A stretch of DNA of 9,141 nt, taken from Naegleria gruberi. Its lineage: Eukaryota. Position 1 is the stretch's first letter, and every line of letters begins with the position of its first letter. Of this stretch, positions 1-7,829 are shown piece by piece. The position numbers were made by a program, and so were the translations under genes. The stretch lies in the NCBI GenBank assembly GCA_000004985.1, contig GG739045.1, one strand, 5' to 3'. Below the pieces are notes generated by a model. That model was not told the DNA's origin, searched no databases, and was given only the letters and a program-made list of their open reading frames with translations.

Positions 1-106
1 AAAAATCTTTCATTATAAAATTCAATTTTACTAGTATTGTAAAATTATATATTTAAGAGCACGAATTTCTTGTTAAATTGATATTTCATATTTTAATACA
101 AATGAT

Positions 107-224
107 GGCTACGGCCATATCACGATGAATGCACCTCATCCCGTCCGATTTGAGAAGTTAAGCATCGTCGAGCCACATCAGTACTGAGGTTGGAGACAAC
201 TTGGGAACCTGTGGTGCTGTAGTC
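107..224 (+). rRNA. 5S ribosomal RNA gene (Pol III)
   Basis: Seen in sequence: GCTACGGCCATATCACGATGAATGCACCTCATCCCGTCCGAT...AAGTTAAGC...CTTGGGAACCTGTGGTGCTGTAGTC matches the 5S rRNA consensus and is closest to nematode 5S as I recall it. The 5' and 3' ends pair to form helix I with G-U wobbles. It is followed immediately by a T7 run. Ends are +/-2 nt. Confidence 0.85.
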
Positions 225-231
225 TTTTTTT
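225..231 (+). terminator. Pol III oligo-T terminator of the 5S gene
   Basis: TTTTTTT directly after the 3' end of the 5S gene. Confidence 0.7.
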
Positions 232-823
232 CTGTTAGAGCATGATTCTTCTGGAATATGAAGAACAATATTAAAACATTGACTTGATATTTATCCTTAT
301 TATCTCTTCCTTTGTGAAAAATCATTTCTTGACTTACTGTCTAAAGATTTTGTTAATCGTAAACTATTTCAATGTTTGAAGACTCAAATTCGAAATTTTT
401 TCGTTTCTAAATAATAATTACTGAACCAACAATCAATAGATTAGTTGCCTTCACTGTTCATACAGTCAAAGACGGTAGCGGGATAGTCGCTATATTCCTG
501 GCAGGCTTCCCGTCCAAATTAATAATTGAAATGGTAATGTGACAATAACAACCACCAAAATAACACGCTTTCTGGTTAATCATGGATAGTCTGCTTATGC
601 TTATTTCTTAAAATAAGTGAAACAAGTAAGTATCCAAATTAATTTTCTTTCCATTAACCTTTTCTTCCGCTTGTGTCTCTTTTTCAAAGGTTTATTTCTT
701 CCGCTGCTACCAATCTTGTCGGAGGAAATGTTACTCAGTTAAATGGAGTAACTTTGCTTATTGGGTTGAACACAAGTATGTGTAGCTATGAAGGTTCCGA
801 ATAACAACTCATCCATATAGTTA

Positions 824-840
824 AGTTGTTTTAAACAACT
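824..840. repeat. 17-nt perfect palindrome agttgttttaaacaact; a third copy of the 7-mer aacaact lies at 805-811
   Basis: Seen in sequence: agttgttt is the reverse complement of aaacaact, centred on TTTAAA. Function unknown. Confidence 0.4.
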
Positions 841-1833
841 AAAAATATTAACTTTCTAAGCTGTTAGAATGAATGAAAGTTCTGAAGATCTGAATTAGAG
901 TAGGAACCTGTAAAGTTGTTATTTCAACTTGAGTTTCTTCAACAAGGTCTTTTGCTGTTATTACTAGAAAGGATTGTTATGTAAAAAGGAGGAGAAACAG
1001 AAGCTAAACCAAAAAGAGATGAACAGTTTCTGTTGTATTCACATAATGCAGTGATGGATCAGTGTTAACATGATTCATTAACTCCTCTTTGTACTAATTC
1101 ATTTCTAACATGCCTTATTATTTCATATTCAAGTCAATGACCTCTTTCAACAATTACAATACAGTGAAAAGTTGTGAATGTCAATAGATGAAAAATGAGA
1201 CAGGTCACTAATAACCATTCACTTGTTGGAGATGATCTATCCAATAATGATTCTTCTCTTGATTTTAATATAAGTAAAATTACTTTACAAAATACTACAA
1301 TTACTTACTACTTATATATTGTCAATGCATTGATATCCTTCTGATTGTTATTAATAAAATTCAAATGAATCAATTCATTACATTGTGATATAATCTGAAA
1401 TACTTAAACTGCTGCTACCACTTTGATTCTATCAAATCATAGCTGAAAGGCTATTTTTACCTTAAAAAAATGGCATGCAATAGTACTACTTTGTATGCGA
1501 GGAGGTCATTATTGCGTAACAGGTTGCTCAACTAGAATATTTACATTGGACAATCAAGGATTGGTAAATCGATGTAGTAGTTTAGAACAACATGAATTGG
1601 ATGAATAGACTAGTATGTATTTAAGGCTGTGAAATTCCGATCATCATTATTATAGTTGATCAACAGGACGATTCATCATCAACAACAAGAACAGCTTCCG
1701 AATCAGATCAAATCACAGAGGGTAGGAAGTTGCAACTCTGCTATCAAAATTCTGTTGTTTGCTTGTTGACTTTGCCGACACGTGTCATTGTTGCACAAAT
1801 ACCACTCGGTAATCCTGCCATGAAAAGAAAGAA

Positions 1834-1839
1834 TTTATT
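1834..1839 (-). promoter_or_regulatory. AATAAA polyadenylation signal overlapping the stop of the PIG-P-like gene
   Basis: The minus strand reads ttg taa taa att c. Confidence 0.4.
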
Positions 1840-2204
1840 ACAACGTTCTTAACTCTTCCAACTCATAAAATATGGCATCAAACTTTTTAGCTGTAAATAG
1901 GTTGACATATGGTCGAACAAAATGAGCAAAATCTAGAATATTTTGAATTTCAAACACAATAAAACCATGTTCACATCCAATCAATATTGGAATAACAGGT
2001 TGCCATAAAAGCCCATACAACAAACAAATAAATAGACTGCCCTATGTTGAAGGAAATAAACAAACAACATGATGTAGCAATCTGTTTCCAATATCCTTCA
2101 GCCTTTAATTGTTGGCCAGCAACGAAATAGACTATTGTAACCAAAACCAGTGGGCAGAAATAAAAAATAACAATAAATGTGGCTGGGGTTAAGAACTCCA
2201 ACAT
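1838..2204 (-). CDS. Putative PIG-P/DPM2-family small membrane protein (GPI-GlcNAc transferase subunit P-like). Reading frame is discontinuous (frameshift or unrecognised splice) near 2020
   Basis: The ATG at 2204 is preceded by an A8 run. Frame A (1971-2204) encodes MLEFLTPATFIVIFYFCPLVLVTIVYFVAGQQLKAEGYWKQIATSCCLFISFNIGQSIYLFVVWAF.., which has two predicted TM helices and a YW.Q loop motif like human PIGP. The +1 frame (1838-2023) encodes ..WQPVIPILIGCEHGFIVFEIQNILDFAHFVRPYVNLFTAKKFDAIFYELEELRTL*, whose LD..H....Y..KK resembles the PIG-P C-terminal PLDSIHTITDNY motif. The two frames overlap on the same nucleotides, so a 1-nt indel or an unusual splice is required to join them. AATAAA overlaps the stop. 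Family assignment is from memory of PIG-P, not a search. Confidence 0.35.
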
Positions 2205-2334
2205 TTTTTTTATACTTTAAATCGTAAACACGTGTTTTGGGACACTCTGTAAAATGACTTTTATGAATAATGAGGTTGACATGATAAAAAATTTCACAAT
2301 ATATCAATAATCATAGAAGCTACACCACCCCAGA

Positions 2335-3221
2335 NNNNNNNNNNNNNNNNNNNNNNNNNNNNNNNNNNNNNNNNNNNNNNNNNNNNNNNNNNNNNNNNNN
2401 NNNNNNNNNNNNNNNNNNNNNNNNNNNNNNNNNNNNNNNNNNNNNNNNNNNNNNNNNNNNNNNNNNNNNNNNNNNNNNNNNNNNNNNNNNNNNNNNNNNN
2501 NNNNNNNNNNNNNNNNNNNNNNNNNNNNNNNNNNNNNNNNNNNNNNNNNNNNNNNNNNNNNNNNNNNNNNNNNNNNNNNNNNNNNNNNNNNNNNNNNNNN
2601 NNNNNNNNNNNNNNNNNNNNNNNNNNNNNNNNNNNNNNNNNNNNNNNNNNNNNNNNNNNNNNNNNNNNNNNNNNNNNNNNNNNNNNNNNNNNNNNNNNNN
2701 NNNNNNNNNNNNNNNNNNNNNNNNNNNNNNNNNNNNNNNNNNNNNNNNNNNNNNNNNNNNNNNNNNNNNNNNNNNNNNNNNNNNNNNNNNNNNNNNNNNN
2801 NNNNNNNNNNNNNNNNNNNNNNNNNNNNNNNNNNNNNNNNNNNNNNNNNNNNNNNNNNNNNNNNNNNNNNNNNNNNNNNNNNNNNNNNNNNNNNNNNNNN
2901 NNNNNNNNNNNNNNNNNNNNNNNNNNNNNNNNNNNNNNNNNNNNNNNNNNNNNNNNNNNNNNNNNNNNNNNNNNNNNNNNNNNNNNNNNNNNNNNNNNNN
3001 NNNNNNNNNNNNNNNNNNNNNNNNNNNNNNNNNNNNNNNNNNNNNNNNNNNNNNNNNNNNNNNNNNNNNNNNNNNNNNNNNNNNNNNNNNNNNNNNNNNN
3101 NNNNNNNNNNNNNNNNNNNNNNNNNNNNNNNNNNNNNNNNNNNNNNNNNNNNNNNNNNNNNNNNNNNNNNNNNNNNNNNNNNNNNNNNNNNNNNNNNNNN
3201 NNNNNNNNNNNNNNNNNNNNN
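2335..3221. other. Assembly gap (887 N)
   Basis: Run of N. Any ORF spanning it is an artefact. Confidence 1.
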
Positions 3222-3426
3222 AAACTCCATCATCTGTCAAATTAAATGTAAAAACTTTTTCAAATCCAACTTCAGGTAAAACTAATTTCAATTCAATTTT
3301 ATGAGCACGAGCAATGGAAGGGAGAGGAAGATCCAAAACAAGTTCCTTATCAACTTCTCCTGTGGAATCTTCAAAAACAAGCTCAAATTCACTTGAGGTT
3401 GAGTTGAGTGATTTGATGAAAATTTT
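3222..3426 (-). CDS. Exon 2 (partial, runs into gap) of the same hypothetical protein: KIFIKSLNSTSSEFELVFEDSTGEVDKELVLDLPLPSIARAHKIELKLVLPEVGFEKVFTFNLTDDGV...
   Basis: In phase with exon 1 after removing the 50-nt intron. 68 open codons continue to the edge of the gap. No family recognised. Confidence 0.5.
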
Positions 3427-3476
3427 CTAATAATTAGGATTTAAATTATTTGATGAATTTTGATGTGATTACATAC

Positions 3477-3536
3477 TGCTGGATCTTCTTCACTGGCTGG
3501 GAGTTCCTTGACAAAGAGGTGGAGTTGTGTGGACAT
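3477..3536 (-). CDS. Exon 1 of a hypothetical protein (MSTQLHLFVKELPASEEDPA)
   Basis: ATG at 3534-3536 preceded by an A8 run. 20 codons, then the donor GTATGT (3476-3471). The intron is 50 nt (3427-3476) and ends in ttattAG. Confidence 0.55.
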
Positions 3537-3805
3537 TTTTTTTTGTTTATTAATAAAAGATAATTAAGACAGTTGAAGGAATCTTTTTATGGATTGACAT
3601 GTGTTAAAATTGGATGGTCAATAAATATTTTAAATGTTTTGTAATGTTGGGCGCTCTAATTATGTCATCTACAGTTGCTTTACAATGAGGGTTTCATTAC
3701 CATAGTACCTATCTGAAACTCCAATTCTAGTATGAACAATCAACAAGCTTAAAGTACACTATATTATTCAACAAGATTAGTGCACTATTATTAGTATGTT
3801 ACAAT

Positions 3806-3811
3806 TTTATT
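3806..3811 (-). promoter_or_regulatory. AATAAA polyadenylation signal for the 88-aa gene
   Basis: The minus strand reads gtaaataaaattg, about 40 nt after the stop. Confidence 0.45.
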
Positions 3812-3851
3812 TACATGATATTCGATTCGTTTACATTCGTTTACAATAAAT

Positions 3852-4118
3852 CTATTCTCTCTTAACCCAATAGGTATGAGAAATTGGAGCAAAATCAACC
3901 TGAGTCACAATATCCTTATTTTCACCAGGTCTAGCACAATACTTTGATTCGAAAGCAAGAGTTTCAGGTGTGGCACGAGCTTCAACAAATGATTTACCTT
4001 GTTCTGCTTCTTGCCATTTCAAGTTGGCTACTGAACCAGCAGAGAGGATGGCCATTGCTGATAACCAAACGTATGGCTTGTAGAAGAAGTATTGGAAACC
4101 AATTTTATGATAGGTCAT
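3852..4118 (-). CDS. Small (88 aa) protein with one N-proximal hydrophobic helix (YKPYVWLSAMAILSAGSVANL). Likely a highly expressed small membrane or mitochondrial-type subunit. Identity not established
   Basis: Complete ORF MTYHKIGFQYFFYKPYVWLSAMAILSAGSVANLKWQEAEQGKSFVEARATPETLAFESKYCARPGENKDIVTQVDFAPISHTYWVKRE. Strong bias to C-ending codons (TTC, TAC, AAG, GCC, ATC, CTC), unlike the surrounding AT-rich DNA. AAAA context at the ATG. AATAAA 41 nt downstream of the stop. Confidence 0.6.
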   Translation of the reverse strand: MTYHKIGFQYFFYKPYVWLSAMAILSAGSVANLKWQEAEQGKSFVEARATPETLAFESKYCARPGENKDIVTQVDFAPISHTYWVKRE

Positions 4119-4596
4119 TTTGGATTTTAATGATCAATTCGAAAGAGATCGAGATAATGTCGTTTTTTTTTAGAGTGGTGAAATAATGGAAAGTTGGCGA
4201 AACCAAAGAATTTAAAGTGATGGTCCTTGGGCAAGGAAACCGAAGCAAATTTGAAGGAGAAAATATTTCCAAACGTCGACATATTTTAAAAACTACATGT
4301 AAGGAAGTCAGTTACAACAAATTGACATTTTCGACGTTGTAATGTCATTTTTCCAAATTAGCACCTGTCAGCGAAATGTCATACAAAAACTGTAGATAAC
4401 ATTAATGTATTTTATTTTCAATTCTACAATCATTGAAGATTTCATCCCTTGATCAAAAAAACAACTCAATTTCATTTTCAACAATCTCTATTGAGGATTT
4501 CAATATCCTAATGAAATATATTCTTCGATCTTTCCTCTTCTTCTTGAAAGATTGCATGAATAGTTCAATTATTTACCATAGTTGACTTTACAATTC

Positions 4597-5237
4597 ATGA
4601 ACAGAAATATTACTCCACTCAAAAAAATGAATCAAGATCAAAATGCACTGCTATATGATAATTTTCCCTTCCACCGAAAAATATTGAACACCACCATCAC
4701 AACATGCCATTCTAGGATCATGATTAACAATTCACTTTATATGTTCCAACTCATTAAAGGAGAAAATATGATCAAGGTTTCTAGGGTGTCTTTTCTGGGT
4801 GAGGGTTTGGCATATAGAATTTACGAATATCAGAATGTGAGAATATACAATGAGGATGATGCTGATGAAAATTCACTTGTAGTTTTAACATTTATTGAAA
4901 TTGGAGAATTGAATGGTTATTTCTACATGTTTTCCGAATCTGAAGGAAGTGGCAGGAATTTAGAACAGGTTCATAGGTTGAAAATTATTGAAGAGAATAA
5001 TGCTTCTTCGATTCAAGTTGAGAGAATTTATAAGAGTTTTGAAACTTCGTATGTGAGAATTCTGAGTCCATTATTAGCAGATAGAGAGAGGAATTGTTTT
5101 TACTGGTTTGGTGGATATAGGATTAGAAAATCAACCAGTTTGAAGGATTGTATCAAGTTTAATGTGGAAACGTGTGAATTTGAATTTTTGACAAATTTTC
5201 AAATGGGATTTGTTTTACATTCTCAATCTTCATTGTT
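4597..5237 (+). CDS. Hypothetical protein, N-terminal ~214 aa (MNRNITPLKKMNQDQNALLYDNFPFHRKILNTT...FQMGFVLHSQSSL), truncated by the assembly gap. No confident family. Weak F-box-like LxxxFPFHRKIL stretch
   Basis: 656 nt of uninterrupted open frame (4582-5237) in AT-rich DNA where stops are expected about every 12 codons. In-frame ATGs at 4597 and 4627; the latter has an A7 context. The frame runs into the N run. Confidence 0.55.
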
Positions 5238-6470
5238 NNNNNNNNNNNNNNNNNNNNNNNNNNNNNNNNNNNNNNNNNNNNNNNNNNNNNNNNNNNNNNN
5301 NNNNNNNNNNNNNNNNNNNNNNNNNNNNNNNNNNNNNNNNNNNNNNNNNNNNNNNNNNNNNNNNNNNNNNNNNNNNNNNNNNNNNNNNNNNNNNNNNNNN
5401 NNNNNNNNNNNNNNNNNNNNNNNNNNNNNNNNNNNNNNNNNNNNNNNNNNNNNNNNNNNNNNNNNNNNNNNNNNNNNNNNNNNNNNNNNNNNNNNNNNNN
5501 NNNNNNNNNNNNNNNNNNNNNNNNNNNNNNNNNNNNNNNNNNNNNNNNNNNNNNNNNNNNNNNNNNNNNNNNNNNNNNNNNNNNNNNNNNNNNNNNNNNN
5601 NNNNNNNNNNNNNNNNNNNNNNNNNNNNNNNNNNNNNNNNNNNNNNNNNNNNNNNNNNNNNNNNNNNNNNNNNNNNNNNNNNNNNNNNNNNNNNNNNNNN
5701 NNNNNNNNNNNNNNNNNNNNNNNNNNNNNNNNNNNNNNNNNNNNNNNNNNNNNNNNNNNNNNNNNNNNNNNNNNNNNNNNNNNNNNNNNNNNNNNNNNNN
5801 NNNNNNNNNNNNNNNNNNNNNNNNNNNNNNNNNNNNNNNNNNNNNNNNNNNNNNNNNNNNNNNNNNNNNNNNNNNNNNNNNNNNNNNNNNNNNNNNNNNN
5901 NNNNNNNNNNNNNNNNNNNNNNNNNNNNNNNNNNNNNNNNNNNNNNNNNNNNNNNNNNNNNNNNNNNNNNNNNNNNNNNNNNNNNNNNNNNNNNNNNNNN
6001 NNNNNNNNNNNNNNNNNNNNNNNNNNNNNNNNNNNNNNNNNNNNNNNNNNNNNNNNNNNNNNNNNNNNNNNNNNNNNNNNNNNNNNNNNNNNNNNNNNNN
6101 NNNNNNNNNNNNNNNNNNNNNNNNNNNNNNNNNNNNNNNNNNNNNNNNNNNNNNNNNNNNNNNNNNNNNNNNNNNNNNNNNNNNNNNNNNNNNNNNNNNN
6201 NNNNNNNNNNNNNNNNNNNNNNNNNNNNNNNNNNNNNNNNNNNNNNNNNNNNNNNNNNNNNNNNNNNNNNNNNNNNNNNNNNNNNNNNNNNNNNNNNNNN
6301 NNNNNNNNNNNNNNNNNNNNNNNNNNNNNNNNNNNNNNNNNNNNNNNNNNNNNNNNNNNNNNNNNNNNNNNNNNNNNNNNNNNNNNNNNNNNNNNNNNNN
6401 NNNNNNNNNNNNNNNNNNNNNNNNNNNNNNNNNNNNNNNNNNNNNNNNNNNNNNNNNNNNNNNNNNNNNN
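5238..6470. other. Assembly gap (1233 N)
   Basis: Run of N. Confidence 1.
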
Positions 6471-6606
6471 AATAATTCAACCACTAATGAATTTGAGAAA
6501 ATTAAGAATGAATGACAGGGAGGAAAGTTTAAAGTATGTGAATTGGTTTTCATGTGGAGAGAATCTCTTGAGGAACCATTTCATGTCACTGAAAGAATAC
6601 CTTTAA
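6471..6606 (+). CDS. Possible C-terminal fragment of the gap-interrupted + strand gene (..IIQPLMNLRKLRMNDREESLKYVNWFSCGENLLRNHFMSLKEYL*)
   Basis: 45 open codons ending in TAA at 6604-6606. It is nominally in frame with the 4597 ORF, but the gap length is only an estimate, so frame continuity is unknowable. Confidence 0.2.
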
Positions 6607-6750
6607 ACATTTGAGCTATTGAAATTTGGTGTTAACAATTATTCTAATATGAAGAAGATTCCACAAAACCTCTAATTATTTCAGAGTTAAACTATTTGAT
6701 GAATTTGTTCACCTCAAATTCAAACATTCCTTCTAGTTGTCGAACAGTAG

Positions 6751-6756
6751 TTTATT
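6751..6756 (-). promoter_or_regulatory. AATAAA polyadenylation signal abutting the sirtuin stop codon
   Basis: The minus strand reads gat tag aataaa cta. Confidence 0.45.
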
Positions 6757-7596
6757 CTAATCAATATTAATCACTTGCAGAGCATCAAATGAAGTATCAA
6801 CATTCTCCTCTTCTTCCAATTCTGTCATTAACAATTGCATAAACAAGTCAGTCTTACCAAAAATTCTGACAGTTGCCAATCTATCATATTCAGTTTTCTG
6901 TAAATTTACAATACACATCATTCCCTTATTATCTAGAACTTCAAGTGGGAATTCACAACTAGGAGTAACTTTCATACTTGTTCCAAGAACCAATGCAAAA
7001 TCACCCTTCTTTGAATGATCCATTGCTTGATCAAAATCCTTCTCAGGCAAATCTTCATCAAAGTGAATTATATTATCCTTAAGTCTGCCACCACATTCAC
7101 ACTTTCTTCCAGTAAAGTGCTTGGTCCAATCCTTTTCATTCTTACTAACATCAAATCCTCTCAAATATTCCTTATCACACTTGTTACAATATTCAACATT
7201 ATGAAGACCATCCACATTGGTCGATACGACATACTTTACATAGTCCTTCTTGACCAAATGTGTGATGGCATAGTGACAATAGGTAGGAACAGCTTGCTCA
7301 ATTTCCACACCTTCATATTCCTCAACACCATATTCCATTGCAGTCCAAACTCCTTTCGGCCCACGATAATCACTCAATTGTGCACTTGTTGAAATACCAG
7401 CTCCAGTATAAATCACTACATGTTTGGCTTCTTTCAAATAATTGGCCAGTTTTTTGACTTTTCTCTTGATGGATGTTTCACTCTCTTCGTGTTCTTTCAA
7501 CGAAGCTGGAAGTTCTTTTGGTTTGGCTGGTTCTGATGCTTTTTCGGAGGTTGTTTGGGATGAGGATTTGCTCTTCTTTTTGGATTGCTTTGGCAT
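6757..7596 (-). CDS. Class IV sirtuin (SIRT6/SIRT7-like NAD-dependent deacylase), intronless, 279 aa. Variant core lacking the segment that normally carries the catalytic His
   Basis: GAGISTSAQLSDYRGPKGVW aligns with the SIRT6 [20 protein letters not shown] motif. STNVDGLH aligns with SQNVDGLH. Zn module is CNKC...CEC. LVLGTSMKVTPSCEFPL aligns with ITLGTSLQIRPSGNLPL. IVNLQKTEYDRLATVRIFG aligns with IVNLQPTKHDRHADLRIHG. N-terminal K/S-rich basic tail. The stop TAG is followed directly by AATAAA. Confidence 0.85.
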   Translation of the reverse strand: MPKQSKKKSKSSSQTTSEKASEPAKPKELPASLKEHEESETSIKRKVKKLANYLKEAKHVVIYTGAGISTSAQLSDYRGPKGVWTAMEYGVEEYEGVEIEQAVPTYCHYAITHLVKKDYVKYVVSTNVDGLHNVEYCNKCDKEYLRGFDVSKNEKDWTKHFTGRKCECGGRLKDNIIHFDEDLPEKDFDQAMDHSKKGDFALVLGTSMKVTPSCEFPLEVLDNKGMMCIVNLQKTEYDRLATVRIFGKTDLFMQLLMTELEEEENVDTSFDALQVINID

Positions 7597-7829
7597 GTTG
7601 TGAGAGGATCTTTAAGCTTAGTAGATAGTAGGTATTTTTTTGAACGAATGAATTAGATGTGAAAATTTAATGACGATTCTTAAAGAGGAAAAATCTGTAA
7701 CCAAAATATTCGTCATTTTCAAAGTTCTTAATTTCTCCTCTATTTTTATCAGCAAGGTTCACCTTTTGTTTTAATTGTGTTTTAAGGCTGATGTGTTTAA
7801 ACAACTGGTTTTAAAGATAAAGGTCGTAA

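Noticed and set aside
658-804. 49-codon open frame (..FISSAATNLVGGNVTQLNGVTLLIGLNTSMCSYEGSE*) flanked by splice-like sites
   Set aside because: Its length is within chance expectation for 9 kb x 6 frames at this base composition. It has no homology and is too weak to call an exon.
240-1800. Search for a nematode SL1 spliced-leader RNA gene (GGTTTAATTACCCAAGTTTGAG with Sm site) near the 5S gene
   Set aside because: No match to the 22-mer or its complement on either strand. Only a chance caacttggga inside the 5S gene itself.
2098-2307. 69-aa minus-strand ORF overlapping the start of the PIG-P-like gene
   Set aside because: It is a different frame across the same ATG region. The product is low-complexity and lies upstream of an A-rich ATG that better explains the locus.
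2304-3336. ORFs of 309 and 338 aa on the minus strand (2304..3233 and 2320..3336) made mostly of X
   Set aside because: They span the N-run assembly gap, where N translates to X and never gives a stop. Only the real sequence at 3222-3336 is coding (exon 2 of the MSTQ gene). Both frames hit stop codons immediately on the other side of the gap.
3944-4186. 80-aa + strand ORF overlapping the 88-aa minus-strand gene
   Set aside because: It is antisense to the codon-biased ORF and has no codon bias or motif of its own.
5159-6553. Three overlapping X-filled ORFs across the second gap (5159..6553 -, 5210..6475 +, 5230..6480 -)
   Set aside because: Artefacts of translating the 1233-nt N run. No sequence evidence.
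7015-7392. 125-aa + strand ORF inside the sirtuin locus
   Set aside because: It is antisense to a well-supported conserved CDS. The product is low-complexity and I/L/F-rich, typical of the reverse strand of an AT-rich gene.
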